Shown here in pieces: positions 1-9,261 of a stretch of 30,315 nucleotides of DNA. The translations under genes were made by a program, and so were the position numbers. This DNA comes from Bacteroidales bacterium (GTDB lineage Bacteria > Bacteroidota > Bacteroidia > Bacteroidales > VadinHA17). Under the pieces are notes generated by a model that saw only the letters and a program-made list of their open reading frames with translations, was not told the DNA's origin and did no database searches. The DNA is taken from assembly GCA_036351095.1 (NCBI GenBank), contig JAZBOI010000346.1, forward strand, positions 1 to 30,315, given 5' to 3'. The first letter of the stretch is position 1, and each line of letters opens with the position of its first letter.

Positions 1-585
1 ACAGATGTGCAGTGGGAGATGGCTTCTTCCGACAGGATGATCAAAAATTTTCCGCGAGAAAAAAGAAGTGATTCAAAGCTTGCAGCTGTTTTGATACTGC
101 TTTACCCCGTAAAGAATAAAATCTGCACCCTTTTTATACAGCGGCCTGTATATGATGGTGTTCACAGCGGGCAGATATCCTTTCCCGGCGGCAAGATGGA
201 AAAAGAAGACCGGGGCCTGACAGATACGGCAATAAGAGAAGCCTGTGAAGAAGTCGGCCTGTGCAGGGACAGGCTGCATATACTCGGATCACTTACTCCC
301 CTGTTTATTCCCGTAAGCAATATTGAAGTAAGCCCGGTAATTGCTTTTTGCAACATTCATCCCTCATTCACACCTGACGACCAGGAGGTAGTTGCCCTGA
401 TTGAAGCACCGCTGGCTGATTTTTTCAAGCCAGGTGTTGTTCAGGAAAAACCTATGATAGTACGTGATGGACAGCTTGATATGAAATATTATAATTACAA
501 TGGCAGGGTAATATGGGGAGCCACGGCAATGATATTACATGAGTTGCTGGTGATAATCAAACAGGAAAAGATCTTCACGGCCTGA
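1..585 (+). CDS. CoA pyrophosphatase-type NUDIX hydrolase (NudL/PCD1-like), 5'-truncated by the window edge
   Basis: NUDIX box GGKMEKEDRGLTDTAIREACEEVGL preceded by HSGQISFPGG, plus C-terminal IWGATAMIL, typical of CoA pyrophosphatases. Frame is open from base 1; the track start at 7 is a GTG, so the true start is probably upstream. Confidence 0.85.
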   Translation, partial: TDVQWEMASSDRMIKNFPREKRSDSKLAAVLILLYPVKNKICTLFIQRPVYDGVHSGQISFPGGKMEKEDRGLTDTAIREACEEVGLCRDRLHILGSLTPLFIPVSNIEVSPVIAFCNIHPSFTPDDQEVVALIEAPLADFFKPGVVQEKPMIVRDGQLDMKYYNYNGRVIWGATAMILHELLVIIKQEKIFTA

Positions 586-586
586 C

Positions 587-2017
587 CTACTCCTCATCGT
601 TCAGGAAATTCTTATAGTGCTCATACCTGTTAAGCACCTGGATAACATAGAAATAAGGTTCTTCACCCCTGCAGAATCCGTGTTCAACCACCGGATCATG
701 GTAAAATTCAGGATCTGATTTGCGCAGGAGGTAATAGGCAACATTGTCATCCCATATTTCGGGGTCACGTCCATGTTTACGTGCCAGCTGCCGTGCGTCC
801 AGGACGTGTCCCGGACCTACATTATAGGCTGCAAGAATAAATTTTAACCTTTCCTCCTCATCGCTTACCTTATCTTCGAAAAGTTCCTGGAGCCACTGTA
901 TATATTTAATTCCCGCCCTGATATTATTTTCAGGGCTCGAATATATATCAATACCAAATTGTTCGCCTGTTGAAGGCATGAGTTGCATAAGGCCATATGC
1001 TCCTGCCCAGGATTCAACATCAGGGTCGAAACGTGATTCCTGCAAAACGAGTGAGGCAAGCAGGCGCCAGTCCCAGCCTATTGAATCACTGTATTGCCTG
1101 AAGTATTCATCCCAGCGCGAAATATTGCCGCTGCCCAGGCTGAAATAATCAGACCTGACAATATGCTTTGATCTTGAGTTTTTAAAATACTTGGCATAGA
1201 TGAGGGCATAGCGTTCAGTTCTTTTGAATCCTTCTATCCATTTATTCAGTTCTTCAAGGAGCTTCCCGGATCCGCTCTTCCTGACAGCCCAGGCGAGGTT
1301 CTGCTCAAAACTTACAGGTGTTTCCAGGTCGATGTCAGGATAATAGGTACGGTTTACCATTGCTATATTCTCATCTGACACTGTAAAATTTATCTCACCA
1401 CTGGCTACCAGGCTGATCAGTTCTTCAACTTCCATGGGAACTTCCACGATATGTATTGTGTCGCCTATTTCACTTTGCAGGTTTTTCATTCTCTGTGCAT
1501 AGGATGACTCACTCTGTACATATACGGTTTTATCCGCAAGGTCGAGCAGATTCCTGACCATGGTACTGTTAATCTCATCCATGGTCATATTACGCCAGTT
1601 ATCAGGCCTTTTCTGTACGAGGACCTGCCTGGTATGGCCTATGGGGCGTGTAAACTGCACCCTTTCCTTTCTCTCGTTATTTATGGTAAGGTTAAGAGCC
1701 AGAAGGTCGGTTCTCCCGTCATTGAGCATCTCGAAGGACCTGCTTAGATCATTCTCGGTCACTATCTCAAGCTCTATCTGGAGATAATCAGAAAATTCCT
1801 GCAACAATTCAAACTGGAAACCCATCGGTTCACCCCTGTAGATAAAATAGCTGATTGAATTATAGTCTGTAAGGGCGATCAGGCTGCCCCTTTCCCGTAT
1901 CTGGTCAAGGTCCCTGCTTATTGGCGTATGCTTATCAATGGGAACCCTTCCCTTGTCACAGGAAAAGATCAAAAGGAAAAAAATCAGAAAGAGTATATTT
2001 AACCAGTGTCGATGCAT
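587..2017 (-). CDS. mltF: MltF-like lytic transglycosylase lipoprotein (periplasmic-binding domain + SLT domain)
   Basis: Lipoprotein signal (LLIFS-C); N-terminal SBP-family-3-like region (YFIYRGEPMGFQFELL); SLT motifs QESRF, GLMQLM and AAYNVG. Confidence 0.8.
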   Translation of the reverse strand: MHRHWLNILFLIFFLLIFSCDKGRVPIDKHTPISRDLDQIRERGSLIALTDYNSISYFIYRGEPMGFQFELLQEFSDYLQIELEIVTENDLSRSFEMLNDGRTDLLALNLTINNERKERVQFTRPIGHTRQVLVQKRPDNWRNMTMDEINSTMVRNLLDLADKTVYVQSESSYAQRMKNLQSEIGDTIHIVEVPMEVEELISLVASGEINFTVSDENIAMVNRTYYPDIDLETPVSFEQNLAWAVRKSGSGKLLEELNKWIEGFKRTERYALIYAKYFKNSRSKHIVRSDYFSLGSGNISRWDEYFRQYSDSIGWDWRLLASLVLQESRFDPDVESWAGAYGLMQLMPSTGEQFGIDIYSSPENNIRAGIKYIQWLQELFEDKVSDEEERLKFILAAYNVGPGHVLDARQLARKHGRDPEIWDDNVAYYLLRKSDPEFYHDPVVEHGFCRGEEPYFYVIQVLNRYEHYKNFLNDEE

Positions 2018-2050
2018 TATCTGTCCTGATAAACAATACTAATATACAGA

Positions 2051-4081
2051 TTAATTATAAAAGGTCCACGCAATGCCATACTTAAACATTCTTATATTCA
2101 TCGGGTAATAAGGGCTCAGGAAGTAATCATAACCCATAAGACCATGGTTGATATGATCAAACCCTATGAAAATCCTTGTCCTTTTGATTTTTATGTTTGC
2201 AAATACATTTATTACAGGGTAATTGCCCGTTTTCATTTCATCCTGCACATAAAACACACCTGTTGCAGGCATATAGGCATATGAATAATATTCAGTATTG
2301 TATTCTGCTTCAAGTCCCAGCTGTGTCTGCAATCTGCCTCCCGTCGATTTGAAATAGAATTCATGGTCAAAGTAAAAAGCCGTTCTTGCACTGAGCAGGG
2401 GGAAATCTAGAATATCACTGTCACTGCTTTTCTGCACCAGGATAGAATTATCAAAACGTAGTTTCCAGAAAGAAAAATTCTTATTCATTCGTGCACTGAT
2501 CACTGATACCACTCCATCGTGTTGCTCCGGCAGGGCTTCGGAATTAAAATAGAACATATTCGTTATAAGTGCATAATCCATCCCCGCATCAAAATCTATA
2601 CCCGGGTAGACATATGTAGCGCCCACATTAATCCTGAACTCGCTGCTGAAATCATTCGACCACTCAAAATGGTTGCTTCCCCAGCTATTCATCCACCATG
2701 AGGGTCCGGTGTTAGTTACGCTGCCCCTTGCTGTTAATTCAGATCTTTTGTCTCCTTCATTAAAATCCCATTTAATATTCCCATCAATGGAGAAATCTCC
2801 TGCTCTTAAACCGGAAAAATAGAATTTACCATCGGCCTGCCAGCCAAAATTTTTTCCGATCCTGTTAAAAAGTGTTCCCAGTACTGCGTTGGAACTTCGT
2901 GCCCAGCGCGCCGAGTCCGCAGGGTTTTCCTCGTTATGCGTGGGCATGATCTGTGCAAAAATATTCTGCTCATTTACTGCCCCTACACCTATACCCAGCT
3001 GGAATTTAGCTGTTTCGCTGGTATTGAAATCAAATCTGACAGTGTTTTTTAATATTCGGGCATAGAGCGAATCATAGGTTTGGACCCCGTTTATATAAAT
3101 GCTATCATAAAATCCCGACCCGGGGCTGTTATCCTCGTATATACGCTTTACCCTGTCATATTCAAGTATATGTGAAAAGGTGCCTTTCACCCCTCCCTTC
3201 TGTTCAAGCTGGAGGCTGTCTGCTACCAGTGGCTTCACCGGGGGCACGGGTCCTGCCTCAAGCGTATCCCCTGCCATGGCATTTTTCCCGTTCTTCAGCC
3301 GTGCATCAGCACTGTCTGCGGCTGCCTTCCTGCTTCCTCCAATGGTATATTTCTGGATAAGCTGGAAGTTCATGTTCTGAAGCCTGCTTTTAGCTTCATT
3401 TAGTCCACCAAGGTTAACCGGCACATCCCTTGTATCATACTGATCAAGCACCGCGGGGTCGCTTACACCCCCATTCTCATAGGCTACAAGCTTATTGGTG
3501 CTCCATGATGCAAATGCCTTATACTTCTCTTTAAGGTATGATCCGTGCAGAGTAAAGGCCTTGTTGTCAGACTTCTGGTAATGGTACTGGCCAAGGCTGT
3601 AGATAATATCAAGATCAAGCCCAAAGTTAAGAAAGGGATTAACATTCTGTGAATGCCTCACCTCGAGGGTCTGCTCTGCCTCCTGTCTTTCTCCCCCGAA
3701 TGTCCATTGAAGCTCGGTGAAAGGTACCTGTGTATCCACATACATCTTGTTGCCGGAATAATGCATATAGTACTTCAGGTGCCGGTAAATAAAATATTCC
3801 GGGTTAACAGGCCTGTCAAAAAAGTCGGTTTCCATATAGGAAAGGCCATAATTACCCAGTCTCTGGAAGAAGGGAGAAACTTCTTCTGTCTTTTTATACC
3901 TGTGGAATGTATCTATCAGGGTGTCCAGGGGCACATAAACCGTGTCCGTGTAATTTTCATTTAATTTATACTGGTAGGTGACATGAGTAATCGAATCGTT
4001 CTTCTCAGGTATATTGCTTCTCTGCGAAAAAGCATTTAATGAGACAATTAATAAAATGATGTATATTAATGTCCTTTTCAT
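2051..4081 (-). CDS. Putative outer-membrane porin/beta-barrel (Bacteroidetes putative-porin family)
   Basis: Signal peptide MKRTLIYIILLIVSLNAFSQ, many alternating aromatic beta-strands, C-terminal YPMNIRMFKYGIAWTFYN. The track start at 4090 is a TTG; ATG at 4081 gives a cleaner signal peptide. Confidence 0.75.
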   Translation of the reverse strand: MKRTLIYIILLIVSLNAFSQRSNIPEKNDSITHVTYQYKLNENYTDTVYVPLDTLIDTFHRYKKTEEVSPFFQRLGNYGLSYMETDFFDRPVNPEYFIYRHLKYYMHYSGNKMYVDTQVPFTELQWTFGGERQEAEQTLEVRHSQNVNPFLNFGLDLDIIYSLGQYHYQKSDNKAFTLHGSYLKEKYKAFASWSTNKLVAYENGGVSDPAVLDQYDTRDVPVNLGGLNEAKSRLQNMNFQLIQKYTIGGSRKAAADSADARLKNGKNAMAGDTLEAGPVPPVKPLVADSLQLEQKGGVKGTFSHILEYDRVKRIYEDNSPGSGFYDSIYINGVQTYDSLYARILKNTVRFDFNTSETAKFQLGIGVGAVNEQNIFAQIMPTHNEENPADSARWARSSNAVLGTLFNRIGKNFGWQADGKFYFSGLRAGDFSIDGNIKWDFNEGDKRSELTARGSVTNTGPSWWMNSWGSNHFEWSNDFSSEFRINVGATYVYPGIDFDAGMDYALITNMFYFNSEALPEQHDGVVSVISARMNKNFSFWKLRFDNSILVQKSSDSDILDFPLLSARTAFYFDHEFYFKSTGGRLQTQLGLEAEYNTEYYSYAYMPATGVFYVQDEMKTGNYPVINVFANIKIKRTRIFIGFDHINHGLMGYDYFLSPYYPMNIRMFKYGIAWTFYN

Positions 4082-4087
4082 GGTCCC

Positions 4088-4095
4088 CAAAGATA
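4088..4095 (-). promoter_or_regulatory. Candidate Bacteroidetes sigma-ABfr -7 element (TATCTTTG) for the porin gene
   Basis: Exact TAnnTTTG match 6 nt before the ATG at 4081; no clear TTTG -33 element. Confidence 0.55.
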
Positions 4096-4108
4096 AATAA
4101 ATATAGTG

Positions 4109-4135
4109 AAAAAAGGCAGGTCGATCAGGCCTGCC
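4109..4135 (-). terminator. Intrinsic terminator after ftsZ (end of dcw operon)
   Basis: Minus strand GGCAGG-cctgatcga-CCTGCC followed by TTTTTT. Confidence 0.7.
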
Positions 4136-4214
4136 ACCAGATAGCCTGGAATGTGCGGGACTGTTCTGCTCCGGGTATGCAGCAGCATCTCACGAAAGAA
4201 GCAATTGCGGGTGT

Positions 4215-5666
4215 TTAATCTACATTGTCATTAAGATAGGCATTATCATCCCTGAGTGATGGTTCGTCATCATCATCGGAAAGGGTAAATTTTGACACCT
4301 CTGAATTATCCTTTCTTTTATCGTTATCAATTTTTATTTTTTTCCTGATAAAGGCCGGTACATCTTCAAATTCATCCACATTCTCTCTCATGGTTTGATT
4401 TGAGAGTCCTTCATTTTTCAGAATATTCTGCATATGTTTTATCTTCCTCAGGGTACCATCTCCCTGTGTCAAGCCGTCCTGTTCTTCATCGTCCCTGGCC
4501 ACGAAATCGAATTCCAGTTTTTTCTGCAGGTCATTTTCAAAATCATCAAAGAGCTCCCTTTTTTTTGTTTTCACCCTTATGGTATCCTGTTCTTCCTTTT
4601 TCTTTTCAGGTACAGCGGTGCTCACCTGGCCTGTCTCAAGGTTTATTTTTTCAGTTTTGGTGTTTGTCCTGTAAGGCTCCAGCACGCTGTTTGGTTCAAA
4701 GCCTGTTGCAATAACCGTTACACATATTTTATCCCCCAGGTTTTCGTCTTTGGAGAGTCCCCTGATAATGAGAGCATCGCTTGAAGCAACATCATATACA
4801 TAATCAGTTATTTCTCCCAGTTCATCCATAGTGAGTTCATGTTCACCCATGCCGGTTGTAATGTTAAGGAGTATGCTTCTGGCGCCATGTATATCATTTG
4901 AATTAAGCAGGGGAGATGATATTGCTTCCTCTATTGCTTTCAATGCCCTGTCTTCACCTGCAGATGATCCTGTTCCCATCACTGCGGCACCTGAATCATG
5001 CATCACCGTTTCGACATCGGCAAAATCAACATTGATATAGCCGGCAACGGTAATAATTTCAGCAATGCCTTTAACAGCCATGGTCAGCACATCGTCGGCT
5101 TTGGCAAAGGCGGTTGAAACGGGCTGATCACCGAAAATCTCCCTCAGCTTTTCATTATTTATCACCAGCAGTGAATCTACATGATCCTTCAGTTCATTTA
5201 TCCCCTGTACGGCATTTTTAATCCGTATTTTCCCTTCCGACTTAAAAGGTATTGTTACCACAGCAATAGTCAGCAGTCCTGCTTCCTTACAGGCCCTGGC
5301 TATTACCGGGGCGGCACCTGTACCGGTACCTCCACCCATGCCGGTTGTAATAAAGACCATGCGGGTATTGCCACCAAGGGCTTCCAGTACCTGGTCAATG
5401 TTTTCTTCAGCTGCCCTGCGCCCGATTTCCGGTTTGCTCCCGGCACCCCTCCCCTCGGTCAGATCCTCTCCTATCTGGACCTTCACGGGTATACGGCTCC
5501 CGGCAAGAGCCTGGGCATCGGTATTGCAGATGACGAAGTTTACATCGGTAATACCTTCATTATACATATGGTTAACGGCATTATTGCCACCTCCTCCTAT
5601 TCCAAGCACTTTGATTATTGAAGACCTCTCAACAGGGAGATCAAAATCTATTAGTTCTTCAGACAT
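4215..5666 (-). CDS. ftsZ: Cell division protein FtsZ
   Basis: IKVLGIGGGGNNAV, tubulin signature GMGGGTGTG, INVDFADV, C-terminal EDVPAFIRKK and terminal DNVD. Confidence 0.99.
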   Translation of the reverse strand: MSEELIDFDLPVERSSIIKVLGIGGGGNNAVNHMYNEGITDVNFVICNTDAQALAGSRIPVKVQIGEDLTEGRGAGSKPEIGRRAAEENIDQVLEALGGNTRMVFITTGMGGGTGTGAAPVIARACKEAGLLTIAVVTIPFKSEGKIRIKNAVQGINELKDHVDSLLVINNEKLREIFGDQPVSTAFAKADDVLTMAVKGIAEIITVAGYINVDFADVETVMHDSGAAVMGTGSSAGEDRALKAIEEAISSPLLNSNDIHGARSILLNITTGMGEHELTMDELGEITDYVYDVASSDALIIRGLSKDENLGDKICVTVIATGFEPNSVLEPYRTNTKTEKINLETGQVSTAVPEKKKEEQDTIRVKTKKRELFDDFENDLQKKLEFDFVARDDEEQDGLTQGDGTLRKIKHMQNILKNEGLSNQTMRENVDEFEDVPAFIRKKIKIDNDKRKDNSEVSKFTLSDDDDEPSLRDDNAYLNDNVD

Positions 5667-5721
5667 GGTTATAATAGTTTAATATTCATCTATATCAGTT
5701 TATGAGCATACTATTCAACAG

Positions 5722-7071
5722 CTAGTTTATACTCTGGTCTTCTGTTTCAAACATCTTACTCAGACTTTTCTTAAATTTTTCAGTCCAGCTCAGTTTGTCA
5801 TCAAAATCATCCGGGTCGGCTGTCTCAGCCTCGACTTTCTGTTCCTCTAATGCTTTCTCCTCTTCTTCGGACATTTCGGATTTTGCCCCTGCATTAAAGT
5901 TGCTCTTATAAGTCTCCAGGTAGTCAAGTCCTCTCATGATCAGGCCGACACTGGTTGCGAACATGGGCTGGTTTATTTCATCCTTTGAATTTCCGCCAAG
6001 GTGCTCATTCGGAAATCCTATCCTTACATCCATAGCTGTTTTGAACCTGACAAGCTGAGGCAGGTGTTTGAGCATTGCTCCTCCCCCTGTAATCACCACT
6101 CCCGCGGAAATTTTATCCGCATAGCCTGATGACTGAATCTCAAAATTCACCGCATCGATTATCTCCTCCATTCTTGATTGTATGATATAAGCCAGGCTTT
6201 TGAATGAAATTTCTTTCGGATCGCGGCCACTTATTCCGGGAACCGATACCACCTTGTCTTCCGGGGCTATATCACCCAGCGCCGAGCCATATTGCACCTT
6301 CAGCTGCTCGGCATACCTCTGGAGGATGGAGCATCCCTCCTTAATATCCCTGGTTACCACATTGCCCCCGAAGGGTATAACAGCTGTGTGTCTGATTATA
6401 TTATCATAATAAACAGCCACATCGGTTGTTCCACCGCCTATATCGACGAGCACAACACCCGCTTCTTTCTCATCGTCAGTAAGAACAGCATCGGATGAGG
6501 CCAGGGGCTCAAGGATAAGGTCCTTTACCTTAAGGCCGGACTTTCTGATACATTTTTCAATATTCTTGGCCGAAGCAACCTGTCCAATTACAATATGGAA
6601 GTTTGCTTCAAGCCTTCTGCCACACATACCGATTGGGTTTTTCACACCGGTTTCATTATCAACAATGAAATTCTGGGGAATAACATGTATAATCTCCTCC
6701 CCTATTTCAATAGGGATTTTATGCATGTCCTGAGTAAGGTTAAACACGTCATCCTTGTCGATTTCATCATCGATTGAATCCCGGTTGATATAACCCCTGC
6801 TTTTCATACTTTTGATATGCTGGCCGGCAATCCCAACAAAAACGTCAGTGAATACAATTCCTGATCGCTGTTGTACATCGGCCACGGTACTCTCAATGGC
6901 ACTGACTGTTTCCTCTATATTAAGCACCACACCTCTCTTTACTCCGTTCGATGGTGCCTTGCTCAATCCAAGGATCTCAATCTTACCGTTAGGATTCTTC
7001 TTCCCGACAATGGACACTATTTTTGTAGTTCCAATGTCAATTGCTGCTACATACTGTTCATTATTGCTCAT
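5722..7071 (-). CDS. ftsA: Cell division protein FtsA
   Basis: AIDIGTTKI, LVDIGGGTTD and VITGGGAML actin-fold motifs; C-terminal amphipathic helix; immediately upstream of ftsZ. Confidence 0.99.
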   Translation of the reverse strand: MSNNEQYVAAIDIGTTKIVSIVGKKNPNGKIEILGLSKAPSNGVKRGVVLNIEETVSAIESTVADVQQRSGIVFTDVFVGIAGQHIKSMKSRGYINRDSIDDEIDKDDVFNLTQDMHKIPIEIGEEIIHVIPQNFIVDNETGVKNPIGMCGRRLEANFHIVIGQVASAKNIEKCIRKSGLKVKDLILEPLASSDAVLTDDEKEAGVVLVDIGGGTTDVAVYYDNIIRHTAVIPFGGNVVTRDIKEGCSILQRYAEQLKVQYGSALGDIAPEDKVVSVPGISGRDPKEISFKSLAYIIQSRMEEIIDAVNFEIQSSGYADKISAGVVITGGGAMLKHLPQLVRFKTAMDVRIGFPNEHLGGNSKDEINQPMFATSVGLIMRGLDYLETYKSNFNAGAKSEMSEEEEKALEEQKVEAETADPDDFDDKLSWTEKFKKSLSKMFETEDQSIN

Positions 7072-7108
7072 AACTTATTCAATATGAAATTGTTTTTAAC
7101 TATTTTGT

Positions 7109-7885
7109 TTATCTTTTCCTGCATACTAATTGTCCGTTAAAACGCATGTCGATCTCATCATATTTATCCCACCCGGTCACAGGCATCTCTTCTTTGTAAA
7201 AAGTCCTCAGCACATTGAATTTCCATTCATAATTACCTGCTTCCCCGAATTTGACGATATGGTCGCCAAGCCTGGGAACCAATTCAATTTCTTCTTTTTC
7301 ATTTATCCAGACCTGCTCTATGAGTTCCTGCCAGAACTTATCCTCATTTATATAAGCAAGCAGCTTGAAAGTTCTGCTTATCAAAAGCTCATCATTGTAG
7401 TCAAGTATACTCTTCCCCATAATACAGCTGTCAGGCACTTCAATATTTCCTGAAACGACAATCATGCGTGGTGTATATGTTTGGCTGTGGGGGATGACAT
7501 GGCCGTATTTATCTATATAGTAATTATTCCCGTAGGAAGTGATCACACGCATCATGGGATCGCGCTGATCAGCATCTATATGCAAAACACCGTCGGCTGT
7601 GGTATACACTTCAACACATTCAAGTTCCCGCAGTTCTGACAGTATATTTTCAATGCCATCCAGGTCTACCGAATTAAGTGCCTGGCCCAGGAACTTAATG
7701 TCACTGTCCTGTATCATCGAAAGTATAGCGGCACCGGTTATAAACCTGTAGTCCGACGAATCTGTAATTGCAATCTTAACCTCACCGCATATTTCATTGT
7801 ACACCTTTCCTGACATAAATGAGGGCATAATGATCATATACACGATCAGCGGCATCCACCATATTTTCTTAAGCACTCTCATCAC
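7109..7885 (-). CDS. ftsQ: Cell division protein FtsQ/DivIB (Bacteroidetes type)
   Basis: Single N-terminal TM, POTRA-like region, QRDPMMRV, C-terminal YDEIDMRFNGQLVCRK; located between murC and ftsA. Confidence 0.9.
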   Translation of the reverse strand: MMRVLKKIWWMPLIVYMIIMPSFMSGKVYNEICGEVKIAITDSSDYRFITGAAILSMIQDSDIKFLGQALNSVDLDGIENILSELRELECVEVYTTADGVLHIDADQRDPMMRVITSYGNNYYIDKYGHVIPHSQTYTPRMIVVSGNIEVPDSCIMGKSILDYNDELLISRTFKLLAYINEDKFWQELIEQVWINEKEEIELVPRLGDHIVKFGEAGNYEWKFNVLRTFYKEEMPVTGWDKYDEIDMRFNGQLVCRKR

Positions 7886-9261
7886 AATCGTTTTCTGAGC
7901 AAATTTTCTATCGGTTCAACCAGTCTGTCTATATCTCCGGCACCCATTGTAAGTAAAATTTCGATCTCCCCTGAACCAAGCATATCCAACACCTCATCCC
8001 TGCCCGCCAGGCTTTTGTCCTGCAGTTTCATCCTGTCAAATATCATCTTTGAATCAACGCCCTTGATTTCCTCCTCCCTTGCCGGGTAAACAGGTAAGAG
8101 GATGAGCCTGTCAAGTTTGTCCAGGGCAGCTGCAAAAGCATCAGCATGATCTCTTGTCCGTGTAAAGAGGTGAGGTTGAAATATTCCGCTTATCTTCCTT
8201 TTGCCGTAAAATTCCCTGACCGATTCAATACAATAATCAATTTCCGCCGGGTGGTGGGCATAGTCATCTATGTAAATCAGTTCCTCACTGCTGATCCTTA
8301 CATCAAAGCGTCTTGTAACGCCCCTGTAATAAATAAGTGCCTTTCTTATCTCATCATCTTTTGCTCCTGCCAGTTTTGCCAGTGCAACCGCGCCGACGGA
8401 GTTTTCAATATTCATTTTCCCGGGTATGAGCAGGCTCAGATCATCAATTATTCCCATGGGGGTATGGATATTGAAACGATATACCCCATTTTCAAGGGAT
8501 ATTTCCCCGGCATAAAAATCAGCCGGAGGCTTCATGCCATAAGTATAAAGCCGGACATTTGGCGGTCCGGACAGCCTGGCTGCAATTTTTTCATTTACAA
8601 GAAGCTTACCCCCTTCTTTTATCTTCTCCGTAAACTCCCGGTAAGCTTTCACCATATTCTCATAGCTGCCATAAATATCGAGATGATCGGCATCCATTGA
8701 TGTTACGAGAGCCATCTCAGGGTTCAGATGGTGAAAAGACCTGTCAAATTCATCGGCTTCCATAACAATAATATCACCGGTGCCGGTAAGCAGGTTTGTC
8801 CTGTAATTTTTGGATATCCCTCCCAGGAAGGCACTGCAATCAATAGAGGATTGTTTCAGCAGGTGTGCCGTCATGCATGTAAGCGATGTTTTTCCATGGG
8901 TTCCCGCTATTGCAACCGTACGTCCTTTCTTTGATACAAGCCCGAGTATTTCAGCCCTTTTATGCATACTGAATCCTGATGTCCTGAAAAAGGCTGCTAT
9001 CCTGTTCACCGGGGATATGGCAGGTGTATATATTACAAGTGTTTTGTCCCTGTTGAGGTATTCAGCCGGAATTGCTTCCGGATCATCATTGTAAATAACC
9101 TTTATTCCCCCGGCAAGCAGCTCGCGTGTCAAAGGTGATTCAGTCCTGTCATAGCCTGCCACTTCAAATCCTCCCTCAGCAAAATATCGTGCAAGGGCGC
9201 TCATACCGATGCCCCCGATGCCAATAAACCATATATTCGATATTTTTTTTAAATCAATCAT
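7882..9261 (-). CDS. murC: UDP-N-acetylmuramate--L-alanine ligase
   Basis: FIGIGGIGMSALA, AGTHGKT, EADEFDRSF, DDYAHHP, FQPHLFTRT. Confidence 0.98.
   Translation of the reverse strand: MIDLKKISNIWFIGIGGIGMSALARYFAEGGFEVAGYDRTESPLTRELLAGGIKVIYNDDPEAIPAEYLNRDKTLVIYTPAISPVNRIAAFFRTSGFSMHKRAEILGLVSKKGRTVAIAGTHGKTSLTCMTAHLLKQSSIDCSAFLGGISKNYRTNLLTGTGDIIVMEADEFDRSFHHLNPEMALVTSMDADHLDIYGSYENMVKAYREFTEKIKEGGKLLVNEKIAARLSGPPNVRLYTYGMKPPADFYAGEISLENGVYRFNIHTPMGIIDDLSLLIPGKMNIENSVGAVALAKLAGAKDDEIRKALIYYRGVTRRFDVRISSEELIYIDDYAHHPAEIDYCIESVREFYGKRKISGIFQPHLFTRTRDHADAFAAALDKLDRLILLPVYPAREEEIKGVDSKMIFDRMKLQDKSLAGRDEVLDMLGSGEIEILLTMGAGDIDRLVEPIENLLRKRL

Noticed and set aside
8146-8700. 184-aa plus-strand ORF and the many other 60-175-aa ORFs opposite or inside called genes
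   Set aside because: They lie within well-supported genes and show no motifs or independent start signals.
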